A stretch of 64,000 nucleotides of DNA. Source: Hyphochytrium catenoides (taxonomy: Eukaryota > Protista > Hyphochytriomycota). The notes beneath the pieces were generated by a model, which was given only the letters and a program-made list of their open reading frames with translations, was not told where the DNA came from and ran no database searches. Below are positions 1 to 12,996 of this stretch, piece by piece (position 1 is the first letter of the stretch; each line of letters starts with the position of its first letter). Location: NCBI GenBank assembly GCA_900088475.1, contig FLMG01002343.1, positions 1-64,000 on the forward strand, written 5' to 3'. A program made the translations under genes and the position numbers.

Positions 1-54
1 AGAGAGAGAGAGAGCAGGGGAGGAGGAGGAAGAGGAAGAGGCCGAAGTTCGCAC

Positions 55-174
55 CTCTTTCTTTCCAATCTTGGCAAGTTTCTTGCTTATGGGCCTTTTG
101 CCCTCGGAGGCGGAGACTTTGGGTCCTTTCTCTTCCCCCGAGCCTTTTATCAGCTTCCCTAACATTTTCTTCAT
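55..174 (-). CDS. Probable first coding exon of an unidentified gene running off the left edge
   Basis: ATG at 174 reads MKKMLGKLIKGSGEEKGPKVSASEGKRPISKKLAKIGKKE (40 codons). It ends at a GAG|GTGCGA donor (54) followed by sense-strand CT-rich sequence like other introns here. No homology recognised. Confidence 0.35.
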
Positions 175-682
175 CTTTCACGAGAGAGAGAAAGAGAGTG
201 ACGAGAGAGAGACGAGAGAGAGAGACGAGAGAGAGAGAAAGAGGAGAGAGAGAGAAAGAGGAGAGAAAGAGAAAGACGAGAGAAAGAGGAGAGAGAAAGG
301 CGAGAGAGAAAGATTCTCGCAGGAGAGGGACTGCGAGAGGCAAGGCTGGAAAGAGAGAGACTCACAAATTGAAAGAGGGAGAGAGACACAGATACAGAGC
401 GAGAAGCAGCAGAAGAAAGAGAGAGAGACAGAGGGACGAGAGAGATAAAAGAGAGAGAAGAGAAAGAGAGAATGCCGAGACGGAGAGGGAGAAGAGAGAA
501 GAGGTCGCTTAAGATTGGTGTCTTGGAGAGAGAAAGAGAGACACGCAAACGCAATGCGCGTCAAGATGCTCGGGGCTCGTCCTTTCTCTCTTCCACTGGT
601 CAAACATATTGCCTCTTTCTCTCTCTATTTGTCTCTCTCTCTTCCAAATCCCTAACTGCTGACAAACAAGCGGGTGCTGAAC

Positions 683-729
<47 letters not shown>

Positions 730-1214
730 AAAACAGACTGATGGGGGAAGAGGAGAGAGACAGAGAAGGCTCTGGAGGGAGAAGGGCACGGAGACGACGG
801 GAAAGAGAGAGAAGAGATTGCGCTTGGGGCGACAGCAATGGTGGGAAGAGGCAAAGTGAAAGAGAAGAGGAAAGAGACAGAAGAGAGAGGCAGAGAAAGG
901 AAAAAGAGAGAGAGAAGGAGAGACGGAGAGAGGACAACAAAAAAGGGAGGTGCTGGGACAGTAAGATTCCTCGATAGAACCAGATGAGAGAGAGAGTTGA
1001 AGAAGAAAGACACCAAGACAGAGAGAAGGCCACATACAAGGGAAGGCAAGGCTGGATGGGAGGGGACCGGGAAGGTTGAGGAGAGAGAGAGAGGGCGAGA
1101 GAGAGAGAAAGAGAGGAAAAGAGAAAGAGAGAGAGGAAAAGAGAGAGAAAGAGAGAGAGAGAGACAGGAAAAGGAGAAAAGAGAAAGACAAAACGAGAGA
1201 GAGAGAAAGAAGGC

Positions 1215-1260
<46 letters not shown>

Positions 1261-1458
1261 GTTCGTGACACCTGAAAGGATGTGATGGCGCGTCTTTTCA
1301 CAAATTTGGTGTTCACTCTTATCTAAAATAAATACTATGCTATATCTGTATTCGTCTTAAATAGAGCAAGCCATTCCGAATAAGGGTGCGCTCCCTTGTT
1401 CGTGGGAGCGAGACTTAGAGACAACAACTGAGAGAGAGAAGAGAGGGAGGCAGAAGCG

Positions 1459-1492
<34 letters not shown>

Positions 1493-1762
1493 GAGCGAGC
1501 GAGGAGAGAGAGAGAACAAGAGAAAGAAAGGATAAGAGAGAGAGATGCTGAAAACTAGATCAGAGCCGAAAATGGCGGTGCTCGGGAGTCCTGAGGCAAG
1601 AGTGGCCATCTCTGCTGTCTCTCTCTCTCTCTCTCTTTTCCTCTATCCCTTTCTCTCTCTATAGTGGTCCTGCATCATTGCAAACCGAGAGCGGCATTCC
1701 TCTTCCAGTCGATCTTCCCATGAGCCTCTCTCTCTCTCTCTTTCTCTGTCTCTTTCGTTGGC

Positions 1763-3350
1763 TCACTCTCGCAGAATGCTGGTTCGCACTTTCTTTCCTG
1801 CCATCAGATCGACTGTCTTTTGCTCTCTCCGTCTCTCTCTCTCTCCTCTTCCATCTCCTCTCTCTCTATTGTTTCCACTTTCCAGGAGCTTGCCTGCGGG
1901 CATAACCCTTCCAATCTTAGGGAAACCGCGAAGAGACGGTCCTTTCTCTCTCTCTCCTTTCTCTCTCTCTCTCTTGGAAAGTGTCTCTTCCTTTTCTGTC
2001 CGTCTGTCTTCTTCCTCTGTCTCGTCTTCCTCTGGTTGTTGCCTCTCAAGCTGGGAGACTCTCTCCTGCAGTCTCTCCAAGGCCTCGCTGTAGAGTTTCT
2101 CCATCTCGTTGAACTAGGAGAAGAAGTTAATGTTAGATGAAAGACGCCTCTGTCTCCTGACCCTAGTTCTGTAGCTCCCCTTCCGGTCTCCTCTCTCTCT
2201 CTTTCTCAGTCTCTCTCTCTCTCTCATCTTTAGCTCTTTCTCTTTCTCTTTCCTCTTCGCTTTTCCCTCCCCTCTTCCTTTCTCGCTAGCTCACTTGCTC
2301 ATCCTGACACACTCTCTCTTTCTCTCAGTATTACGCTCCCTCGCTTCTCTTCCTTCTCTCTCTCTCTCTCTCTCTCTCCTTTTTCTTCTCCTTATAGGTT
2401 TTTCCTCTGTATGGACGCCGTCTGCTCTTCCATGCTCTCTCTCTCTCTCTTGCCCTGCTTAGCTCTTTCTTGTTGTTTCTCTTCATTCTCTTAACCTCAA
2501 AAATCACTTTGATCGCTTGTTTCTCTTAGCGCTCTACTTCTCTCTCTCTCTCTCTCTATCTCTCTCTCCTCTCTCTGTCTCTCTCTCTCTCACTCTCTCT
2601 CTCTCACTCTTTCTTTCTCTCAGTTGCTGTTGTCTCTTTTACCTGCGCTCTTGAAATCTTGTCCCTTTCCTCCGCCTTCACATGCTAGGAGATAGGCGCC
2701 ATACAAAGAGAAAATAAATTAGACAGAAAACAGCACGAGCGAAAAGAGAGAGAGAGAGAGAGAGACGCGCTCGGATAAAGAGCCTTAATAAGAAAGAGAA
2801 GGATGAAAAGGGAAGATAGCCTTACGCGAAGAGAGAACGAAAGAGCGAGCGTAGCCAGGGGTTAGAGAGGGAAACTAAGAGAGAGAGAGAGAGAGAGTGA
2901 GAGAGAGAGAGAGAGAGAGACCACAAAATATGACAGAGGGGGCGCGAAGAGAGAAAAAAAGGAGAGAAGCGAGTGCATCTCACCTCCTCTGCCTGCGCCA
3001 CTTTTTCTTTCTCTCCTGCTAGTTCAGAGAGAAGTCTTTTAATTTCTGTCTCTCTCTCTCCTTGCTCAGCATTTAACTCCGCCAACCGAGTGGACCAGTC
3101 ATTCTCAGCAGTACGGAGCCTCTGCTGGACGTTTCTAAGAGAGAGAGAGGGAGAGAGAGAGAGACGGTCAGACAGAGAGAATATAGGGGGAAAAAGGAAT
3201 GTCACAAACTGTTTTTTTTTCTCTCTTTCCCTCTTTCTTTCTTCCCTCTCTCTCTTACTCCTAGGGGTTTTCCTCCTCGTTATCGGCTTTCCTTTGCTTT
3301 CTTTTCTATCTTTCTTCCTCTTTCCCGAGCCTGTGCTTAATCACTCTCTT

Positions 3351-3401
<51 letters not shown>

Positions 3402-4175
3402 TTTTCTCTCTCTCTCGCGCGCTTTCTTTCTCTTTCTCTTGTTCCCTTACTTTAGCTGTTTGAGGGTGTCGAGGTGCGCCTCTCTCTCTTTCGAAAGCTG
3501 ATAGTCCGCCTCTGCCCATTCTTCTGTTGCCTGGGACGCTGCAGACTTCAATGCCTGACACTAGAAAGATAAAAAGTAGGTGAGAAAGAGACAAAAAGTG
3601 AGACGGACAGAAGGAAAGAGGGAGAGAGAGAGAGAGAGAGAGGGGGAGAGGGAGAGAGAGAGAGACAGAGAGAGAGAGAGAGACAGAGAGAAAAGAGAGG
3701 AAGAGAGAGAGAGGAGGGGGAAGGAGCATACAAGGAAAAAGGAGAAAGAAAACAAGTGAAATAGTTGAAGAGGAGGGAAAGAGAGAGAGAGAGAGAGAGA
3801 ACAGAGAGAGAGAGAGGACAGAGACAGAAAAGAAAATGAGTTAAACAGGATCAAGGGAGAGACACAGACTTGGAAGAGAGAGAGAAAGAAAGGGAGAGAA
3901 GAGGTAGCTCTACCTGCTCTTCATGGCTCTGTCTCAGTCTTTGAAGTTCTCTCTCATGCTGTTGGCGAACCTTCAGCAGCTGCTGATTGAAAGTCTTCTG
4001 AAGCTCAGCGAGAGACTCTCTCTCTTCAGTTCCTTTCTCTTTCTCTCTCTCTCTCTCTTCGACTCTCTCTCCTTCTCCATCTTCTCTTCCTGTCTCTATG
4101 ATGGCTCGTAAAGCATCAGCCTCCGCCCCTAATGCTGACTTTTCGCTATGGAGCCTGTCTACCTCCGCCTGCAAT

Positions 4176-4207
<32 letters not shown>

Positions 4208-4844
4208 TCAGTGAGAGAGGGAAGGAGTAGGTGGATAGAGGAACTGTTGATGGGGAGAGAAAAGGATCAGTACGCAAATTCGAGTTGGACCAAGAGAGAC
4301 GGGAGATAAAAGATATAAGAGAGAGAGAGAGAGAGAGGAGAAAAGATAGATTTGTTCCTCTCTCTTACTTTCAACTTCTCTCTCTCTTCTTCCCCTTTCC
4401 GCAGCTGTTCCTCCAGATTTCGCTGTTTATCTTCTGCAGTATCGGACTTGGTCTGAGAGTTATAAAGGAAACAAGAAAGGAGAGGGGAGAAGGTAAGAGA
4501 GGGCCGCAAGAGGACATAGAGAGAGAGGGAGAGAGACACAGAGAGAGAGACAGAGAGAGATGCTAACAATTGGAGGAGAGAGAGAAAGGATAGGGGGAAT
4601 ACTAGCATTCGAAGAGATGAGGAGAGAGANNNNNNNNNNNNNNNNNNNNNNNNNNNNNNNNNNNNNNNNNNNNNNNNNNNNNNNNNNNNNNNNNNNNNNN
4701 NNNNNTAGACTGCAGCTCAGAGTGCAGTGGGGATCATGGAAGAGAGTAGCGGTTGAGGAAGATAACTGAGGGAGAGACGGAGAGTGAACGTGGTACAGGT
4801 ACTGGAGTGACTGAGGGAAAGCACCCACGAGAGAGAGACAAAGG

Positions 4845-4876
<32 letters not shown>

Positions 4877-5091
4877 GAGACATTATCTCTCTTCCTTACC
4901 AAGAGACCTTCATAAAGGCTTTTATAGTCGATCTGCACGTTCTTTCTAGCGCTAACGGTGATGCTCATCGCCCTTATTCCGAATAGCAGAGAGGACAAGG
5001 TCTCGGAGGTGTCGGCGGCGTCTGGGCTGACAGTGAGGAGGAGAGAGGTGCGAGCATTACCGCCCAGACTGCACTGCAGAAGACGAGTCCT

Positions 5092-5141
<50 letters not shown>

Positions 5142-5625
5142 CGGAGTGGGTGGAGAGAAAGAGAGGAAGGGAGAGAGAGAGAGAAGGGGTGGGGAGGTAA
5201 GAGAGAGAGAGGTGGGAAGAGAGGATGGGGGAGAGAAGTAGAGGGAGAGAGAGAAAGAGGGAAATTAGAGAGTGTAAGCGGTGAGTAGTGTAGTACAATA
5301 GAGAGGAACAATCGAGAGAGAGAGAGAGAAACATATTGAGAGCGAGAATAGCAAGAAGATGGGAGCCTCTATTTTATGAAGAGGAGGACGGCCAGCTAAA
5401 GTCGCAAGAATGGCAAATAGACAGAGTAATGGAAAGAGAGAGAGAGAAAACGAAACAGTAGGGGGAGAGAGAAAGGAGAGAGGGCGCGCTATAACGAAGA
5501 GAGAGAGAGAAAGCAAAGAAAGGAAGGAGCCTCTCTCTCTCTGCTTACAGTTTGCTGTCTCTGTAGGGAACATGCGTCTTCTTCTCACTCAGAGCGGCGA
5601 TGCAGTTTCCTAGCGCTGTACATCG

Positions 5626-5659
<34 letters not shown>

Positions 5660-5957
5660 AAGAGAAGGGAGAAGGATGAGACGCGCTTAGTTGAGGAAGG
5701 TAGGTAGCAAAGCAAGATGTAACGGGGAGAATCTAACTGAAAGAGAGAGAGGCGGAAAGAGAGAGACATGATATATAGATAGAAAAAGAGAGAGAAAGAG
5801 AGAGAGAGAGAGAGAAGTGGAAGAGAGAGAGAGAGAGAAGTGGAAGAGAGAGCTCCGACCTGATAGGCTTAGGTTAATGGCCTTCGCCTCAGTAAATTGC
5901 GTCCCGCGAACTAAAGACTTCTTCACTCTCTCAGACCTACAACCGAACCAACGAGTA

Positions 5958-6000
<43 letters not shown>

Positions 6001-6196
6001 AGATCCAAAATAAATACTGAGAAATAGCCAAATGCAGAGAGAAAAGAGAACAGAAAAACTCGCTGAGTAGCGAAGAGAAAGCGCAATGGAGAGAGAGAGA
6101 GAGAAAAAAAAAGAGCGAAATAAGCTGGACGAGAGAGAGTCAGCGGGACGGGAGAACTGCAGAGACAGAACAGTAAATTAAAAGAAAGAGAGAGAG

Positions 6197-6231
<35 letters not shown>

Positions 6232-6791
6232 TGACGTACCCAGCTAAATCGACGAGAAAGAGATTGCCCACGACCTTGTACAACCAGAAAAGGTTTTAGA
6301 AAGAGAGAGGGAGACAGATTGAGAAATGGAGAGAGAAAGGGAGAGAATGGCAAGGAGGTAGAGAAAGGCAGACAGATCTTGACAGAGAGAGAGAGAGAGA
6401 GAGAGAGTAGAAAGAAGGATGCATGCACCGGACTCTTGAAAAAAATGAGTGAAAGAGAGAGACGCAGAAAGCAGAAGAGAGAGAGACAGAGGTCGACCAG
6501 GAGAAGAGGGAAGGTCTGAATAGAGATGGGAGAGGAAAAGAGAGACCGTGACAAAGAGAGAGAAAGAGACAAAGTTTATCTACCTTGGTCTGTCCCCCGT
6601 TCTCTGCAGTGATGTCTGGAGAAGAAGAGGAGAGAGACGGAGAGAGAGACAGCATCTTTTTCCTTTGGATCTTAACAATGAGAACCGCGTGGGAGCGGCT
6701 CGAGTGCGAGTTCATGGCAGTGCAGGCAACGATTCTCCTCTGGTTGCCCTGAGAGATGACGGAGAGACAATCCTGTGGAGAGAGATTAAGG

Positions 6792-6831
<40 letters not shown>

Positions 6832-7483
6832 GGACAGACAGACAGATAGATAGAAAAAGAGATAGATAGAGAAGAAGAAGAGATGGGGAGGAGGGAGAGG
6901 GACAGAGAGACAAAAAGAGAAAGAAAGAAAGAAAGAAAGAAAGAGAGAGGGAGGGGGAGCAGAGAGAGAGAGAAGTGAGATTGTGTGTGAGCGATAAAGC
7001 GAAAGGAGAGAGAGAAAAAAAGGAGAGGGAAGGGGGACGGAGGGAGAGAGAGAGAGAGAGAGACAGTGACCAGAAAAAAGAAAAAAGGTAAGAAGTGACA
7101 CATTTGGGCAGAGGAGAGAGAGAGAGAACAGAGAAAGACAAGGGTTGAGGTGAGAAAAACGAAGCAGTCGATAAATTAAGAGAGAAAGGGACACTTTCAG
7201 GTAAACTAGTCGAAGGAAAGCGTCTCTCTCTCTCTCTTTTCTCTCTCCCTTTCTCCCTTTCCCTCTTTGTTACCTGCACGCTCTTGACCCTTCTCTGTGT
7301 TGCTCCTTGCACGTAGACGCCTTCCTCCTCACTCTCTCGGATGACCAACTCTTCCTCTTCTCTCTCTCTCTCTCTCTCTTCCTCTTGAAGAAGGTCCAGC
7401 AGTCTCTCACAATAGAGCTGAAGATACCTCAAGGACACCTCGTAAGAGAAAGAGGCGCCCATGCGGTCGATCGTCTGCGTGAC

Positions 7484-7537
<54 letters not shown>

Positions 7538-7789
7538 GAAAGGATGAGAGAGAGAGACAGAGAGACAGGGAAAAGACAGGACGGAGAGAGAAGAAGAAGC
7601 AGTTAGATGGGAGAGAAAGGAAAGAGAATGAGACCACTGTTGAAGGGGAACGCCCAGAGGAGAAAGGAAGAGGAAAGTGAGAGGACTAGCAAATGGAGAA
7701 AGAGAAGATCAAACGAGAAAGAGAGAGAAAGAACTTAGACTAGCGCAAAGGGCTACTATGAATCCCAAGAAAGACGTTGAGCTTAATTC

Positions 7790-7867
<78 letters not shown>

Positions 7868-8083
7868 TCAACAAAGGGATCCCAGTTCTCAATGGTATGT
7901 AGGCTGAAGATTTCAATCCTCTCCACTTCTTCTTCTTTCTTTCCTCCTTTTTCTCTCTCTCTTTCTCTCTCTCTCTTTCGTTCCCTTCTCTCTGTGCATG
8001 TTTTCTCTCTGTTTTCCTAGAATTCTCCCTCTCCCTCACAGTTTCTCCTGTCATCTGCCCGATAATTCCCTTCTCTTCTTAGG

Positions 8084-8120
<37 letters not shown>

Positions 8121-8957
8121 AAGGCGCTACCTGTCCCGGTCTGTCCATAGGCGAAGATCGTCCCATTATATCCTTGCAACACATCCTGCAGGTTACCCAT
8201 GATTTCGTTAGAGTAGAGAAGAGAGAAAAGAGACACAGAGAGAGAAAAGAAAGAGAGGCAGAGAGAGAGAGAGAGAGAGAGAGAGTTTGAGGAAGACAGA
8301 CAGAGAGAGACAGTCAGAGGAGAGAAAGAGAGAGAGAGGGCGGGAAATAATAAATGGAGGGACTGGTTGTTGAAGAGGCAATCCAGGAGAAGAGAGGAGA
8401 GAGAGAGAAGGACTATAAGTAAACAGGAGAGAGCGAGAGAGAGAAATGGGGCGCTAAGGCAGCCATATCACTGCAAGGTCGGACGAAGAAGAACGGTAAA
8501 GAGAAGATAAAGAGGCTCAGAAAGTGAGAGAAAGAGGAAAGAGAGAGAAAGAGACAGAGACAGAGAGAGAGAGAGAAAGAGGCAGAGAGAGAGAGAGAGA
8601 GAGAGAGGGAGTTGGATGGACCTGGACAATGGGCTGTGCCGCGTCACGAAAGATCTGTTCCTGTCCTTCCTCCGAGCCAAAGACTCGGTCATAAGTGAAG
8701 ATTCGTCTCTCTCCTCTCTCCTTTACAAATGCTACGTCTCTCTCTCCCAGCTCTTCTCTCTCTCTCTCCAGACAGAGAGAGACAGAAGGAGAGACAGAAG
8801 AAGTGAGAAACGTAAGATCATTCTCCTCTTCTGCTGGACCCGCAGAAGAGGGAAGAGAGGGAGGGCGAATACGGCAGAAAGACCGAACCCGCTCGTTCTT
8901 TCTCTCTTCTTTTCTCTCCACTCTCTCCCCTTCTCCTACAGCCTCACCTGCCGTCAT
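1763..8957 (-). CDS. Kinesin motor protein (N-terminal motor resembling ARK-type kinesins) with coiled-coil tail; multi-exon
   Basis: Exons (-): 8957-8622, 8185-8131, [unresolved; candidate micro-exon 8077-8040], 7474-7274, 6772-6584, 6274-6240, 5936-5860, 5615-5549, 5089-4900, 4452-4369, 4168-3914, 3554-3451, 3134-2984, 2684-2643, 2113-1763. All junctions are GT-AG and phase-consistent except after the P-loop exon. Motifs: FTYDRVF, GYNGTIFAYGQTGTG, YLQLYCE, MNSHSSRSHAV, LFLVDLAGSER, INLSLSALGNCIAAL, HVPYRDSKLTRLLQ. Confidence 0.93.
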
Positions 8958-9177
8958 CTTCCTTAGGAAAAAAGCAGAATGAGGGGAGCAAATTGAGAAA
9001 GAGAGAGAGAGAAAGAAAGAGAAAAAGAGAAAGAGAGAAAGAGAGAAAGAGAAAGAGTAGACCTTCAACCTCCTTGAAAGGACATTGAAAAGGAGGAGAA
9101 CGGGAGCGACAAGAGAATATCTGGTGTCGAATTGGATAAAAAGCTTTCTCTCCCTTTCTTTTATCGATGTGATCTCA

Positions 9178-9208
<31 letters not shown>

Positions 9209-9459
9209 GTGGCTTCGGCGTTTTCCCTAATGAAACATCAAGATTCGTGATGATGCAGAAAAGAAAAAGAAAGAGAGAAGAGACAGAAAAGGGAAAGTTG
9301 GAAGGAGAAGACAGAGTCCAAGCAAATGTATGGCAAAAAAGAGAGAGAGAGAGAAAAGGAAGAGTGATGTTCAGAAAGAGGAACAGGAGAAAGGAACAGA
9401 CCAATGCCTAAAGGTCGAGGAGCTGTGAGTACCTTGGCAGAAGACAGCGGAGAGGAGTC

Positions 9460-9503
<44 letters not shown>

Positions 9504-9877
9504 GGCAGGGAGGTTAGAAGAGAGAAAGATTAAGGATGGCAGGGAGACGGGAAGGGAAGAGAGAGCGGGCAGGGAGAAGAGATGAAGAAAAAGAGAGAGA
9601 TAAGGGAGACGCAGGAACAGAAGGGAGATGAGATCGTAAGAATTGAGGGCAAGGTTGAACAGGAGCTTTGGAGGGAGCTAGGGAAAGAGAGAGACTTGGG
9701 ATGAAGAGGGAATGAGATAGAGAGAGAACGCGAGAAAGAGGGGGAGGGGAGATGAGGGAGAGGAAGGAGAGAGAGAAGGGGTAGGAAAGAGAACGAGAGA
9801 GCGAGAGAGTTTGTGAGAGAGGGGGAGAGAGAGAGAGAGAGTTTGTGAGAGAGGGGGAGAGAGAGATTGAGAGTGAA

Positions 9878-9927
<50 letters not shown>

Positions 9928-11261
9928 AGAGAGAGAGGGAGAGAGAGAGAAAGAGTGAGAGTGAGAGAGAGATGAGGGTGTTACTCTCTAACAGCATCCC
10001 TTCAATTTTTCAAGGATGCAAAGAAGAATTCAGTTTTGTATCTTTCATATTTTTCAAACTCTGCTGTGAACCTAGTGCCGAATAAAGTTCAATAAATTTA
10101 GGAAAGCTTCCGACGGGCGGTTACATTTGATTTGGCCGTTAGCGGCAGGCCCTTGCAGGCGTGTACAGATGTACAACTACAACAGACCTGCATAGCGCTT
10201 CTCTCTCTCTTTTTTCTCTTTCTGTTTTCCTCTGTCTCTCTCTCTCCTCTTTCATTCATCGTGTCCTCTCTCTTTCTTTCTTCTCTCTCTTTTGTCTGGT
10301 TTCCCTTCTCTATGTCACTCGTCTTCTCTCTCAATTCCTCCTCCTCGCCTTCAATAAAGCTCCTTTTACTCTCTCTCTCTCTCTCTTTTCGTCTTATATA
10401 TTGCAGACACATATATCGTCTCTTCTCTTCATGGACAACACTTTTCTCTCTTTCTTTCTACCCTTTCTTCTCTCTTCTTTTTCTTCTCTTTTTTATCTTT
10501 CTTCGCTTTCTTCTCTTTCTTCTTATTTTCAGAAGACATTAGTAAAGAACCATTTTTGATGGTTATAGAAGTAAAAGAAGTAGTAAAAGATGAAGAAGGA
10601 AGAAGAAGAAGAGAAGGAAGGGGAAAGGGAAGAAGAAGGGGAAGAAGAAGAAGAAGACAGAGGAAGAAAACGAAGAAGACAGAGGAGAAGAAGAAGAGGA
10701 AGAAGACGAAGACAGAGGAGAAGAAGAAAAAGGAGAAGAAGAAGAAGAAGAGAAAAGAAGCGGAGACGAGAGCTACAAAGCCCTGGACTCTACAAGCAAC
10801 GCGTTCTCCTCCTCCACACTTGCCATCAATGTCAGAAAAGGAAGAAGAATCATTAGTTGAACTCTTCCGCAATAATGTTAGGAGACGGAGGAGGAGGAGA
10901 AGAAGAAAGGGCCGTGGCACCGAGACCATCATCTTCATCGCTAGCACAGGCTCCAACTGCTGAACAGGAATACGCTTCAGAAACTGTAGCACATTCTCTT
11001 CATGTGGATGGCGAAAGAGATTCTGTTATGGAGATTCAGAGCCTTTGCCAGCCGAGACCAATGACCAAGAAGACGGAAAGCCTCAAGAGCGGCACTTATA
11101 GAAAGAGCAGAGCGGCAGGACCTTAACGATGTAAGCAGCTTTTATAATATAAATATTATAAAGAGGGGAGAGGAGACATAGAGGAGGGAAGGGAAGGGAT
11201 AAACAAGGGAAGCGGACAGAGGAAGAAGCGGGAGAGGCGGGTAGGGGAGAGAGAGAGCAAA

Positions 11262-11313
<52 letters not shown>

Positions 11314-11775
11314 AGAAAATAGAGAGAGAGACAGAGACAGAGACAGAGACAGAGGGTCAGAGACGAGGAGAGAGAGAGAGGAAGAGAGAGAGAGGAAGAG
11401 AGAGAGAGAAGATGGGAGGGTGGGAGAATCACTAACCCAATGCAAGAGCGCCCAAAGGTACGCACATTAAAACACTAGCTTCTAACAGACAAAGGCGCAC
11501 TTGAGCGAGCGCTATAGCACCTACATGTAACGGTCAAAAGCTCAGGAAGTGGTTGAGATCTGCAGAATGAGGGGCTTCCTCGTGCACAGGAGAGAGAAGA
11601 GAAAGAGAGAGAGAGAGGGAGAGAGAGAAAGAGACAGAGAGAGAGAGAGAGAGAGGGAGGGAGGGGGGAGAGAGAGAGGACAGAGAAGAGGAGAGGGAGG
11701 AGAGACGAGAAGGAGGACGAGAGAGAGGAGAGAGAGGGAGAGAGAGAGAGAGNNNNNNNNNNNNNNNNNNNNNNN

Positions 11776-11812
<37 letters not shown>

Positions 11813-12578
11813 TGGAACTGGAGAAGCAAGTCGAGAGACTCCTTCGTGAAAGAGGCAGAGCAGCAGAAAAAGAGAGTATAGGCTAGAAAAGAGAGAGAGA
11901 CCACGAGTGTGAGAGGCAGCAAGCTTCCCTGCAACGACGCAGGTGGCTGAAGTGAAATTGAGAAGGGAAAAGGCTGACTGCCAAGTGAGAGAAAAATGAG
12001 AGAGAGAGAGAGAGAGAACGAGGGAGAGAGAGAGAACCGGCGCCGAACGGCCTCGCGAACGACCCGAAGAAATAGACAGAGACTCAGCTAGAGACTTAGC
12101 TAAGGACTCGCCTGTGGAGAGAGACAGAGAGAGAAACGTCGTCCCTCTTCTCAGGCTCACAACCCCCCCGGTGGAGAGAGAGAAAGACAGAGATAGGGAG
12201 ACAGAGAGAGAAAGAGAGAAGAGAGAGAAAAACAACTAAGCACGTACAACCTGAAGAGAAGGGTGTTCTGGAAACAAGACTGCCAAATTCTAGCGTCACT
12301 CTGAGCCTCAGAGTAAAAGTGCGTCTGACTCATCAAAGGAGAGAGACCGAACAGGAGCAAGAGAGAGAGAGGCACATAGAAGTCAAGCCAGAGAGAGAGA
12401 AGTTGAGAGAGACAAGAGAGAGAGAGAGAGAGAAAGTGAGCGAAAAAGAGAGAGAGAGAGACTGGGAAGAGTGAGAGAGGATAAAGGAACTACGATGACA
12501 ACGTGACATCTCTTTGAGCCTACGTCTCTTCTTATGGTCTCTCTTTCTCTACAGAGAAAGACACCAAGAAAGAAAACG

Positions 12579-12954
12579 ATGTCTAAGAAGAAATGGACTC
12601 TTTCTCTTCTCTTCTTTCTCTTCCTCTTCTTCGCTTCTCCAACCCGGAGCGAGAGAGAGAGAGACGCCAGCGAGGAAGCGAAGGAGAGAGAAAGAGAGAG
12701 AGAGAGAAGACTCGCTGTCTTCAAACTCTGCGTACCAGGAGAAGATCAGTGTTCTTTCGGCCAGCGCTGTTATAGAGAGAGAGTTCAGAGTGAAGAGGCA
12801 AGGGAGAGAGAGAGAGAGAGAGGAGCCGTGCGAGGAGTGAGGAGAGAGAAAGAGGAAGAGAACACGACCTGGACAGCGTTTTGTGACTGCGATCAGACCT
12901 TTGGCCTGGGCGGTGAAGATTGCACAGATGCATCCGGGGTAAGAGATGATGGGG

Positions 12955-12996
<42 letters not shown>

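Noticed and set aside
1389-1410. 7-bp hairpin CGCTCCC-N8-GGGAGCG as a terminator
   Set aside because: Eukaryotic context, no U-tract, and a stem this short is expected by chance.
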